Virus record (IMG/VR): IMGVR_UViG_3300018481_000018
Span: 3,759 to 67,758 of that record
DNA: 64,000 nt
Strand: one strand, 5' to 3'
Source of the DNA: a virus
Taxonomy: Duplodnaviria > Heunggongvirae > Uroviricota > Caudoviricetes
In this document: piece by piece, positions 37,386 through 45,626 of the stretch
How the letters are laid out: each line of letters starts with the position of its first letter
How positions within the stretch are numbered: position 1 is the stretch's first letter
Notes under the pieces: model-generated
Seen by the model: only the letters and a program-made list of their open reading frames with translations
The model's database searches: none
What the model was told of the DNA's origin: nothing
Program-made: the position numbers and the translations under genes

Positions 37386-37403
37386 CAACTACCTGGAGGT
37401 GCC

Positions 37404-37562
37404 ATGAAGAAGAAGCCATGTCCCGTGTCCGATGACGGTCGCCAGAAGCACTACTTCGTCAAGAAGGTCGGCGAGTTCACGTGCGTCCACTGCGGAACGA
37501 TGTCCAACCGGATGCAGCGGTGGGAGCTTGCCCCAATGCCGGTTGCCGAGGCCGCAGTCTGA
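37404..37562 (+). CDS. 52-aa Zn-finger-like protein (MKKKPCPV...KHYF...CVHCG)
   Basis: Not in track; SD GGAGG; C..H..CxxC. Confidence 0.6.
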   Translation: MKKKPCPVSDDGRQKHYFVKKVGEFTCVHCGTMSNRMQRWELAPMPVAEAAV

Positions 37563-37566
37563 AACA

Positions 37567-37601
37567 GAGAGCGGCGGCCAGAAGAACCGGCCGCCGCTCT
37601 C
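37567..37601 (+). terminator. Hairpin after the replication operon
   Basis: GAGAGCGGCGGCC-9nt-GGCCGCCGCTCTC 13-bp stem. Confidence 0.6.
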
Positions 37602-37721
37602 AGGACTGCCACGTCCTGTGACCATGCGTCACTACCCGAGAGGAAGTCTGACAGAGATTCTGGCTAGCGCCAACACATTCAGACGCGTGTCGGATTTCTT
37701 TCCCAAGCCCTAGGAGGCTCG

Positions 37722-37880
37722 ATGATCGAGGTTGAAACATCCGTTGTGATCCACGCCGGCGAGCCGCGCGTGCTTCTCCAGTTGCCCTACGGGCACATCG
37801 TCGTGCGGCCCGAAGATGCGCGGCAGATCGCGGCACAGCTCACCATGACCGCCGAGGACGCCGAGAGGAGTCTTCTGTGA
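37722..37880 (+). CDS. 52-aa hypothetical protein (MIEVETSV...)
   Basis: Not in track; SD TAGGAGG; VRPEDARQIAAQL helix. Confidence 0.55.
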   Translation: MIEVETSVVIHAGEPRVLLQLPYGHIVVRPEDARQIAAQLTMTAEDAERSLL

Positions 37881-38379
37881 TCAGCCGATACCACTTGCTC
37901 TGTACGGGTTGCTGGCACTGGAACTCGCACAGGCAGTCATCTGATGGGCGATGTGCGAACTGCTCGGCCGCACCCGAGTCCCTCTTGATGTTCAACCCCA
38001 GGGAGCGGCGCGCCTTGGAGTGCTCCATCGCTTTCGAGAGCGCCCACGCCTAAGTAGACGTGCGTCTGTACTACCGGGGTTGATGCGTCCCCGTTACCCG
38101 CACATCGCCGGAGTAGTTGGCCGGTCCAACCCAGGTCAGAGCTGGTTGTACCTCTATGCCGGTTGAGGCCCGGCTTCGTGAATGGCGTATCAAGATACGC
38201 ACGCACTCAGCGGCAAGATGGCGGTCCACCTAAGCAGTGGGCGAGGGGCGACGGTGCAGAACCGCCCCGCCGGCGAGGCGATGCGGCGGAGCCGCTCTGG
38301 CTCTTCGGGTAGCGCTCAAGACGCTGATGTGCGGCGTGTCCTACCCGAACAAACGGGCATCTGGATCCAGGATGAGCAG

Positions 38380-38574
38380 ATGCACACGTACATCGAGTAC
38401 GAGTCCGAGCACCTGGTGGCGATCATCGGGCCCTTCGGTTCGAGATGGATGGCCGATGACTGGGCTCGCAAGATCACCGACAACGACAGCGCTTCCTGGA
38501 GTGGGATCACCGTGATGAGTCCTGAGGAAGCGGTAGAGGCCCTGAGGCTGAGTAAGACGGGATCGCTCTCATGA
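38380..38574 (+). CDS. Hypothetical protein, about 64 aa (IIGPF motif)
   Basis: 3' half of track ORF 38182-38574 has typical codon bias; start uncertain. Confidence 0.5.
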   Translation: MHTYIEYESEHLVAIIGPFGSRWMADDWARKITDNDSASWSGITVMSPEEAVEALRLSKTGSLS

Positions 38575-38681
38575 CTCGTCGGCCCTCATCCACTCGTCCT
38601 CCCAGGACCGGGCTTCGCCCTCTCGCTTCGCTCGCCCTGGTGCGGGCGGCGGCTGAGACCTCCTCGCGGGGATGGTGAGAG

Positions 38682-38831
38682 ATGTACGAAGTAGTGCTGA
38701 GGCTCGACGCGCCGACTGCTCACTACGACGTGGGTCAGGTGGCGGCAGCCGTTGGCCTGGCCATGAGCGACTACGAGGGCACCAAGGATCTGGAGCTTCA
38801 CGAGATTCGGGTCGAGAGGGAAGACGCGTGA
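38682..38831 (+). CDS. 49-aa hypothetical protein (MYEVVLRLD...)
   Basis: Not in track; typical codon bias; SD-like GTGAGAG. Confidence 0.45.
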   Translation: MYEVVLRLDAPTAHYDVGQVAAAVGLAMSDYEGTKDLELHEIRVEREDA

Positions 38832-38860
38832 CCATCGGGCAACCAAACAACCTGAGGAGA

Positions 38861-39199
38861 ATGATGAGCAAGATCCTGGCCCTTCTAGGGGCCCTTGTAG
38901 CTGCGACGGTGCTCGTGGTCACGTTCCTGACCCCCGCTGCCGCGACGGTGCAGACCATCGTGGTTGAGGTTCCCACCACTCGTCAGGCGGGGGCGCAGAC
39001 CTTGCAGTTCGGGTGCGGTAACGGCGCTAAGCCGGTCGCGGCCGGATACGCGCTGAATGCGACGGCGGGACTGGCATCGGTACGCGTGATCGAGTCGAGG
39101 GTCGCCCTGGACAACGACTATGTGTGGAACTTCAAGGTGCTGCCCGGTAGCGCGAAGAACCTGACCGTCTCGGTCTCGCTCACCTGTGTCCGGCAGTAA
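38861..39199 (+). CDS. Secreted protein with Sec signal peptide and two Cys, 112 aa
   Basis: SD GAGGAG; MMSKILALLGALVAATVLVVTFLTPAAA; Cys pair (GCG, TCV). Confidence 0.65.
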   Translation: MMSKILALLGALVAATVLVVTFLTPAAATVQTIVVEVPTTRQAGAQTLQFGCGNGAKPVAAGYALNATAGLASVRVIESRVALDNDYVWNFKVLPGSAKNLTVSVSLTCVRQ

Positions 39200-39202
39200 T
39201 CC

Positions 39203-39691
39203 ATGACTTCAGACGAGCATCAGAACATCGCGATTCCGGTCGGCGAGTTCGAGGGTGAGTTCATCCGCAACTTCGAGGGCAGGCTGCCGGCGCTGACGCT
39301 GGACATGCCCGAGGGGTACCGACGAGGCACGCATCTGAAGCTCGAGGTTGAGGTGCGGATCCGCAACGTCGACTTCATTGAGGGCAAGAGCCGCAATGGT
39401 GAGCCCGGAGATCTGTCTCGGAACCACGTCTTCGCCCTAGAGGAGATTCGGCTGGTCGACGCGTGGGATCCGGCCAACCGGCCGAGCAACGTCAGTGGCA
39501 ACCTGGCGGCCGACAGCTGGGAGGAGACGTTTCTCGACTTCGTGCACGGCGATACTGACGAGCTCGACTTCGACGGAGAGCTGGTGCCTCAGCGGGTCCA
39601 AGACATGCTCAAGGCGTACTGGGACGCGTTCGGCGGCGTTTCGACACCTGTCGGAATGCCAGCGCCAGCCGATGATGATGTGGAGTTCTGA
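39203..39691 (+). CDS. Hypothetical acidic protein, 162 aa
   Basis: Clean ORF with typical codon bias. Confidence 0.65.
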   Translation: MTSDEHQNIAIPVGEFEGEFIRNFEGRLPALTLDMPEGYRRGTHLKLEVEVRIRNVDFIEGKSRNGEPGDLSRNHVFALEEIRLVDAWDPANRPSNVSGNLAADSWEETFLDFVHGDTDELDFDGELVPQRVQDMLKAYWDAFGGVSTPVGMPAPADDDVEF

Positions 39692-39897
39692 TGCGTCGGT
39701 TCGAACTTCAGCGGGACGAGGACGTCAGCGGCGTCTCAGGCACGGGGGTCGTAGCCGAGGGCCTCGAGTTCACTGACGGGCGTGTGGTGTTGCGATGGCT
39801 CAGTGAGCATCGCTCGACGGTTATCTGGGACTCGATCGAATCGGTGGAGGTCATCCACGGTCACGATGGCCGCACGAAGATCAGATGGGTCGACTGA
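39691..39897 (+). CDS. Conserved small phage protein (RDEDVSGVSGTGVVAEG family)
   Basis: Recognisable actinophage motif; TGATG coupling. Confidence 0.7.
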   Translation: MRRFELQRDEDVSGVSGTGVVAEGLEFTDGRVVLRWLSEHRSTVIWDSIESVEVIHGHDGRTKIRWVD

Positions 39898-40160
39898 TGG
39901 GCCTCAAGCACGGATCCCGGAAGGCGCGCTCACAGTCTCCCAAGAGGGTTCGTCGGCGGGACCTGAAGAAGCCCACAGGCCAGGGCTACGACCCGCGCGT
40001 CCTGCTGATCCAGTGCCCAGTGTGTGAGCGGGGCGTGGGTCAGCATTGCGTCAGCACCGGCAGCAATGGATCCTGGAGCGACTACAGTTACAGCGCGCCC
40101 GGGAGAGAGTTGGAGAATCCTCACCCCGATCGCGTGGCGCTGGCTCGAGGGCCCCGGTGA
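39897..40160 (+). CDS. Zinc-finger protein (CPVC..GQHC..HPDR)
   Basis: TGATG coupling; Cys/His motif. Confidence 0.55.
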   Translation: MGLKHGSRKARSQSPKRVRRRDLKKPTGQGYDPRVLLIQCPVCERGVGQHCVSTGSNGSWSDYSYSAPGRELENPHPDRVALARGPR

Positions 40161-40483
40161 GCAGGTACACGGGACTTCCCGAGGCCCTGCGCCAGGAGGT
40201 TCTGACGCGTGACAGTTTCCGCTGCCGCTGGTGCGGGGCGACGAATCAGGGCGGGGATCTCCATCACATCGAGTACCGGCGTGGGTACTCCTATGACCGG
40301 CTCGACAACTTGATCACGCTCTGCCGGCTGCATCATGGGTTCGTGCACGGGACTCCGCTGAAGAACGGTGACCGGATCACGAAGGCTCAGGCCCAGGAGG
40401 TTCTGCGCTGGCTCGTCGAACATCCGGGCACCACGGGCAGCTCGAGGTGGCGAGCTGTGAAGCGTCGGATCGCCATGTCATGA
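40157..40483 (+). CDS. HNH endonuclease
   Basis: RDSFRCRWCG..DLHHI..NLITLCRLHH motif; GTGA overlap. Confidence 0.85.
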   Translation: MSRYTGLPEALRQEVLTRDSFRCRWCGATNQGGDLHHIEYRRGYSYDRLDNLITLCRLHHGFVHGTPLKNGDRITKAQAQEVLRWLVEHPGTTGSSRWRAVKRRIAMS

Positions 40484-40716
40484 AAACAGACGAGCGTTCA
40501 GAATGTATCGTGCGCGTTGTGAAGTGCCCCACATGGTGCGATGAGCGGTGTCCAGCTGTGTGCCATGAGGTTCATGTGCATGCGAACCGACGGCACGAGC
40601 CAGAAGACTGTCCCGGCGTGAAGGATCGGCTTCAGGCGGCCTGCGTCGAGTGTGGGAACGACGACCCGACCGAGGGGTACAAGTACTGCTCGGACTGCCT
40701 CGAGGCGCTGTTCTAG
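40480..40716 (+). CDS. Cys-rich hypothetical protein
   Basis: ATGA overlap; multiple CxxC/CxxxC. Confidence 0.5.
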   Translation: MKTDERSECIVRVVKCPTWCDERCPAVCHEVHVHANRRHEPEDCPGVKDRLQAACVECGNDDPTEGYKYCSDCLEALF

Positions 40717-40719
40717 CCC

Positions 40720-40860
40720 ATGTTCAGGCGCTTGGTCGACTGGCTCATGCCGTGGTTCGTTCGAGGTGGCTGCGGCGACTACCAGGCGTGCTGCCCGGAC
40801 TGCGAGCAGGAGTGGGGTCGACCGCAATCTGAACGGCCGTCTGGACGATCAACCACCTGA
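40720..40860 (+). CDS. Possible 46-aa Cys-rich microprotein
   Basis: Not in track; GCGDYQACCPDC; overlaps the 40827 motif. Confidence 0.3.
   Translation: MFRRLVDWLMPWFVRGGCGDYQACCPDCEQEWGRPQSERPSGRSTT
40827..40853 (+). promoter_or_regulatory. Putative late promoter motif ATCTGAAC-N4-GTCTGGAC-GATCAAC
   Basis: Best copy of the motif, directly upstream of the second fibre cluster. Confidence 0.5.
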
Positions 40861-40875
40861 GCAGAGGAGGTGGCG

Positions 40876-41310
40876 ATGGCGGCGGCGGTACGGAACCTGG
40901 TGATCGAGCAGGGCACGACGTTCACGCTCGGATTCAACTGGCACCTGGAGGGGCCGGATGACGTGGACGGGAACCCTACGGTAGGCGACCCCTACGACCT
41001 CACGGACTGCTTCGCGCGCATGCAGATCCGTCGCAAGCAGGGCGATCCGGTGCTGGTGCAGGCCACGTCGGCCGAGCCCGAGGACGCTGAGGCGATCGAG
41101 GAGGGTGCGGGGCGGATCGTCCTGGGTGGTGTGACTGGGCGGATCGACATCACGCTCACCGACGAGGACACCGACCAGATCGCGCGCCCGTGTGTGTATG
41201 ACCTGGAGATCGTCTGGCCGATTCAGCCAGGAGAGCTCCGTCCGCACGTCGACAGGCTTCTTCAGGGGTCGATCACCCCGAACATCAACATCACCCAGGA
41301 GAGCGAGTAA
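40876..41310 (+). CDS. Ig-like virion accessory protein (IEQGTTF family)
   Basis: SD GAGGAGG; NLVIEQGTTF, ARMQIR, YDLEI, RLLQG motifs. Confidence 0.65.
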   Translation: MAAAVRNLVIEQGTTFTLGFNWHLEGPDDVDGNPTVGDPYDLTDCFARMQIRRKQGDPVLVQATSAEPEDAEAIEEGAGRIVLGGVTGRIDITLTDEDTDQIARPCVYDLEIVWPIQPGELRPHVDRLLQGSITPNINITQESE

Positions 41311-41768
41311 TGGGTGCTGAGGGAATCGTCGTCTTCGACGAGCCGGGCGGGCTCAGCGTCCTCGAGGTGGATGAGGAGGGCGATGGCAACTTCCTCGTCA
41401 TTGACTCTCCCGAGGAACAGACGCGCGTTACTTTGGCCGGCGAGCCTGAGCAGGATCTGCTGGTCGTCACTCCGGGCGGGCCTCCGGGCCCCAAGGGAGA
41501 AGATGGAGACCCCGGACCGGAGGGGGATCCAGGGCCTCCGGGTACGCCAGGTGCGGATGGAGCCGGGTCCTACTACGAGGAGTTCGGTTACGCCTCCCCT
41601 TCAACGCTATGGACGATCGTCCATAACCGCGAGTCGTTTGGTCTCAACGTCGAAACGGTCGATACCAACGGTGACCTGATCGAAGGCGTCGTCGACTTCG
41701 TGGACATCAACACGATCGAGGTTCACTGGTACTACCCGACAGCGGGCACCGCCCGCGTGTTCCGCTAG
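41310..41768 (+). CDS. Collagen-like (Gly-X-Y) fibre protein
   Basis: GPPGPKGEDGDPGPEGDPGPPGTPGADG; C-terminal WTIVHN..GLNVETVD module. Confidence 0.75.
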   Translation: MGAEGIVVFDEPGGLSVLEVDEEGDGNFLVIDSPEEQTRVTLAGEPEQDLLVVTPGGPPGPKGEDGDPGPEGDPGPPGTPGADGAGSYYEEFGYASPSTLWTIVHNRESFGLNVETVDTNGDLIEGVVDFVDINTIEVHWYYPTAGTARVFR

Positions 41769-41781
41769 AAGGAGAGAGAGC

Positions 41782-43437
41782 ATGCCGGCAAAGTTGTGGG
41801 GCGGTCAGCAGAACGCCAACAAGATCCCGATTCTCGGCCTGGTCCCCGAATCCGCCTCGTCCGAGCCTTCCGCCCCGGTCAATGGTCAGCTCTGGTTCGA
41901 CACCAGCGGCTCGCCGGCGCGCCTGAAGGTGCGTGAGAACGGCGCGTGGGTGCTCGCTTCGCAGGCTGGCGTGGTCCTGGCGGCTGACTCTGCTGGTGGT
42001 GACCTGACCGGCACGTTCTCCAACCTCCAGATCGCGGCCAACGCGGTTGGCACGACGGAGATCGCGAACGACGCGGTTACCCTCGCCAAGCTCGCCAACA
42101 TCGCCACCGACAGCCTGATTGGCCGGGACACCACGGCCGCTGGCGACCCGGAGGTCATCTCGGTCGGCGGTGGTATCGAGTTCACCGGTTCCGGGGGGAT
42201 TCAGACGAGTGCCCATACTGGCGACGTCACCAAGACGGCCGGTGGCACGGCGACTACCATCGCGAGCAACGCGGTTACCCTGGCGAAGCTGGCCGACATG
42301 GCCACCGACAGTCTGCTTGGTCGCGACACGGCCAGCACTGGCGATCCCGAGGTCATCGGGGTCGGTGGCGGCATCGAGTTCACCGGCGCTGGTGCCATCC
42401 GGACCACGGCCTTCACTGGCGACGTCACCAAGACGGCTGGCGGCACGGCGCTGACGATTGCCAACAACGCAGTCACGGTCGCCAAGCTGGCCACGGCGGT
42501 CACGCTGGCCTCTGTCGCGGCCGCCAATGCTTCGGCGGGCGACATCTCCGCGTCCAGCCAGAAGATCACCAACCTGGCCCCCTCGGCGGCGGGCACCGAT
42601 GCCGTCAACCGCAACGAGCTCGACGCAGCGCGCCAGGGATTCGCTGGCGCGAAGGACCCGGTTCGGGTTCGCGTGGGGACCAACGTCACGGTGGCCAGCC
42701 CAGGAGCCACGCTCGACGGTGTTTCCATGTCGGCCGGCGACCGGGTGTTGCTGAGTGCGCAGACCACCACCACTCAGGCCGGTATCTACGTCTGGAACGG
42801 CGCGGCGGTCCCGATGACCCGCGCCCTGGACGCCGATGCCGCAGGAGAGGTCAAGGACGGCACGACTGTTGCCGTCTCGGAGGGCACGACGGGTGGGAGC
42901 ATCTTCATCCAGACTGCCACTCCGTCTGGCGCGCCGGGTTCGTGGTCTGAGGCGTGGATTCAGTTCAACACCGGGGGCACGACCTACACCGCCGGCGCTG
43001 GTTTGGTCGGTACCACCACGTTCGACGTGGTGGGCACTGCGAACCGGATCTCGGTGGCGGCCGACTCCATCGACATCTCCGCGAGCTATGTCGGCCAGGC
43101 GTCTATCACCACGCTCGGCACGATTGCGACGGGCGTCTGGAATGGTACGGACATCGCGGTTGCGGACGGCGGCACCGGCTCGTCCACGGCGGCCGGCGCG
43201 CGGACTAACCTCGGGGCTACCGGCAAGTACGCCGTGACCCTGGGCGCGCTGACCGCAGGAGCGGAGGCCACGATCACGCACAACCTGAACAGCACCGATG
43301 TGGTCGCTTCCTTCAAGACGGTCTCCGACAACTACGACATCCTGATGAACTGGCGCACCATCGACGCCAACTCGATCGGCGTCACGGCGGATGTCGCCTT
43401 CTCGGCCTCGGCGGTTCGCGCTGTGGTCATCGGCTGA
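41782..43437 (+). CDS. Fibre/decoration protein with 66-aa tandem repeats, 551 aa
   Basis: KDPVRVRVGTNVT..GDRVLL..Q..GIYVW module; ITHNLNSTDV C-terminus; 198-bp repeat. Confidence 0.7.
   Translation: MPAKLWGGQQNANKIPILGLVPESASSEPSAPVNGQLWFDTSGSPARLKVRENGAWVLASQAGVVLAADSAGGDLTGTFSNLQIAANAVGTTEIANDAVTLAKLANIATDSLIGRDTTAAGDPEVISVGGGIEFTGSGGIQTSAHTGDVTKTAGGTATTIASNAVTLAKLADMATDSLLGRDTASTGDPEVIGVGGGIEFTGAGAIRTTAFTGDVTKTAGGTALTIANNAVTVAKLATAVTLASVAAANASAGDISASSQKITNLAPSAAGTDAVNRNELDAARQGFAGAKDPVRVRVGTNVTVASPGATLDGVSMSAGDRVLLSAQTTTTQAGIYVWNGAAVPMTRALDADAAGEVKDGTTVAVSEGTTGGSIFIQTATPSGAPGSWSEAWIQFNTGGTTYTAGAGLVGTTTFDVVGTANRISVAADSIDISASYVGQASITTLGTIATGVWNGTDIAVADGGTGSSTAAGARTNLGATGKYAVTLGALTAGAEATITHNLNSTDVVASFKTVSDNYDILMNWRTIDANSIGVTADVAFSASAVRAVVIG
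42061..42490 (+). repeat. Two and a part copies of a 198-bp (66-aa) repeat
   Basis: AVT(L/V)AKLA at 42073, 42271, 42469; differences are mostly synonymous. Confidence 0.8.
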
Positions 43438-43482
43438 TCGGTGGTACAAACGACCATCCGAATCCGAACAAAGGGGTGATCC

Positions 43483-45378
43483 GTGCCGAAGCCGAGTGGG
43501 GTGATCCCCCAGATCCTGGCTCTGGCGAGCACGCCTTCCGGCAACCCGCCAGCAGGCGCGTTGTTCCTGTACTTCAAGAGTGATGGCCTGCTCTACAGCA
43601 AGAACTCCTCGGGCGTCGAGGCGGCCGTTGACCAGGGCGGTGGTGGTGGTGCTGCGGTGCAGACCAGCGCGCCGTCCTCACCTCCCACAGGATCGCTCTG
43701 GCTGGACACTGATGAGGAGCCGGCCGCCGTCACCAACCTGGTGACGACCGACACGACCCAGACGATTACCGGGCAGAAGACGTTCGGCGATGGGTTCGGC
43801 GTCACCAACGCCGACTTCGGCGTCTACCTCGGGTCTGGTGGTGAGGGCGAAGGGTTCTTCGTCTACGCCCAGGATGCGTCTGTCGGCAACCCCGCCAGGA
43901 CCGCCACTCTTACGTTGCAGAGCTCTCGGTGGAGCGGGTCTTTCGTGGAGCCGGTTCCCGTTCAGATCTACCCAGATCCCGCTACGGGCGTGTTTACAAT
44001 CTCCGCTCCAGGCGTCGCGGGCTACACCTTCAATTCCATCGGGCTGACGGGCGCGACCCAAGCCAGCCGCTACGTTGGTGCAACCACCAGCGGCGCGCCC
44101 GGGTCGGGCACTTTCGCGACGGGCGATTTCGTCATTGCCCGCAACGGCAAGCTCTGGATCTGCACTTCAGGCGGTAGCCCAGGAACCTGGGCCGACCCCA
44201 CGGTGCATAACCACGATGCGACCTACCAGCCTCTCGATGGCGACCTGACGTCCATCGCTGCCCTGACTACCACGTCGTACGGGCGCACCTTCTTGACACT
44301 GGCCGACCAGGCCGCGCTCATGGCGCTCGTGCAGGCTTCCTCGGAGACCGCTCAGGGCAAGATCGAGCTCGCTACGCAGGCCGAGACGAATACCGGCACT
44401 GATGACGCGCGGGCCATCACGCCGCTCAAGTTCCAGACTCGGCTCGCGGCGTACGCGCAGCCGCTCGACTCTGACCTGACCTCGATTGCCGCGCTGACCA
44501 CTACGTCATATGGACGGGCGTTTCTATCTTTGGCGGACCAGGCGGCCTTGCTGGCGTTGCTTCCCACCAGCTTCTCGCGGACGACTCTTGCTGCGAGTGG
44601 ACTGACGGGCGCGACTTCGGCCAGCCGCTATGTCGGCGCGACAGCTAGTGGCGCACCTGGCTCGGGAACATTCGCGGTGGGCGATTTCGTAGTCGCGCAG
44701 AACGGCAAGATCTGGGTCTGCACCTCGGCGGGCTCTCCGGGCACGTGGGCCGACGCCGCAGCGACGCCGGCCAACATGATGACCACGAACACCTCGCAGT
44801 CCATCACGGCTGGCGTGAAGACGTTCTCGGCGGGGCAGTTGCTGATGACCAGCAGTGTGGCGAGCAACGCGGAGCCGTACTCGGATGCCAATCCGCCTCA
44901 GACGCTCGTCCATACCGAGACGACCGCGCCCTCAACTCCGGCGTCTGGGTACGGGGTCACCTACGTCAAGAGCTCTGACAGCCTGCCCTACTTCAAGAAC
45001 GACGGGGGCACTGAGTACCTGCTGGCGCATGCGATTGAGCCGTACACCTTCTCGGTCACCGGGGCCCTGACCACGCAAACAGGCAAGTCCAGGATCTATC
45101 TCGAGGGCAACTACATCTTCGAGACGTGTCGAGCGGCGGTGAACACCGCTCCGACTGGCGCAACGATCCTGGTGGACGTGAACAAGAATGGGACGACCAT
45201 CTATACCACCCAGTCTGCGCGGCCGACGATCGCGATCTCGGGTTTCAGCGCGACCGGCAACAGCCCGGCGGTCACCACCTTCGCCTCAGGTGATTACATC
45301 ACCGTCGACGTCGACCAGATCGGGTCTACGATCGCCGGCTCGGATTTGACGGTGACCATCCGGTTGCGGAGGGTCTGA
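43483..45378 (+). CDS. Tail-fibre-like protein with A-B-C-B-A module order, 631 aa
   Basis: Duplicated GLTGAT.ASRYVGAT..GAPGSGTF and QPLD.DLTSIAALTTTSYGR modules flanking ASETAQGKIELATQAET. Confidence 0.7.
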   Translation: MPKPSGVIPQILALASTPSGNPPAGALFLYFKSDGLLYSKNSSGVEAAVDQGGGGGAAVQTSAPSSPPTGSLWLDTDEEPAAVTNLVTTDTTQTITGQKTFGDGFGVTNADFGVYLGSGGEGEGFFVYAQDASVGNPARTATLTLQSSRWSGSFVEPVPVQIYPDPATGVFTISAPGVAGYTFNSIGLTGATQASRYVGATTSGAPGSGTFATGDFVIARNGKLWICTSGGSPGTWADPTVHNHDATYQPLDGDLTSIAALTTTSYGRTFLTLADQAALMALVQASSETAQGKIELATQAETNTGTDDARAITPLKFQTRLAAYAQPLDSDLTSIAALTTTSYGRAFLSLADQAALLALLPTSFSRTTLAASGLTGATSASRYVGATASGAPGSGTFAVGDFVVAQNGKIWVCTSAGSPGTWADAAATPANMMTTNTSQSITAGVKTFSAGQLLMTSSVASNAEPYSDANPPQTLVHTETTAPSTPASGYGVTYVKSSDSLPYFKNDGGTEYLLAHAIEPYTFSVTGALTTQTGKSRIYLEGNYIFETCRAAVNTAPTGATILVDVNKNGTTIYTTQSARPTIAISGFSATGNSPAVTTFASGDYITVDVDQIGSTIAGSDLTVTIRLRRV

Positions 45379-45626
45379 TGTGGAAGGTCCGAGCTGACTG
45401 CACCTACACGTCGTCCGGGAACAAGAGCACGCGACAGGCGGCTGCTCAGGGCGTGGTCGACAGCTACCCGGCCGCGATTGTCTCCGACGACCCGGGTGCC
45501 AGGTTCCCGGGTGGACTGATCTCGCATTCGTCGACTCGGTTCACTGTCTCCTATGACTTCGTGATGTCGGCCGTCACGGCGTCGGCCAGGAATAGCACTC
45601 TGCTTTCGATTCATGAGGCGGTCTGA
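45378..45626 (+). CDS. Small fibre-associated protein, 82 aa
   Basis: TGATG coupling at both ends. Confidence 0.55.
   Translation: MWKVRADCTYTSSGNKSTRQAAAQGVVDSYPAAIVSDDPGARFPGGLISHSSTRFTVSYDFVMSAVTASARNSTLLSIHEAV

Noticed and set aside
38107-38175. Functional tRNA-Leu(CAG)
   Set aside because: No TTCRA loop, incomplete acceptor stem, 4-bp anticodon stem, no CCA; kept only as a low-interest finding
42061-44760. Diversity-generating retroelement template/variable repeats in the fibre genes
   Set aside because: Repeats are in-frame within genes, differences are mostly synonymous and not adenine-specific, and no reverse transcriptase is present in the window
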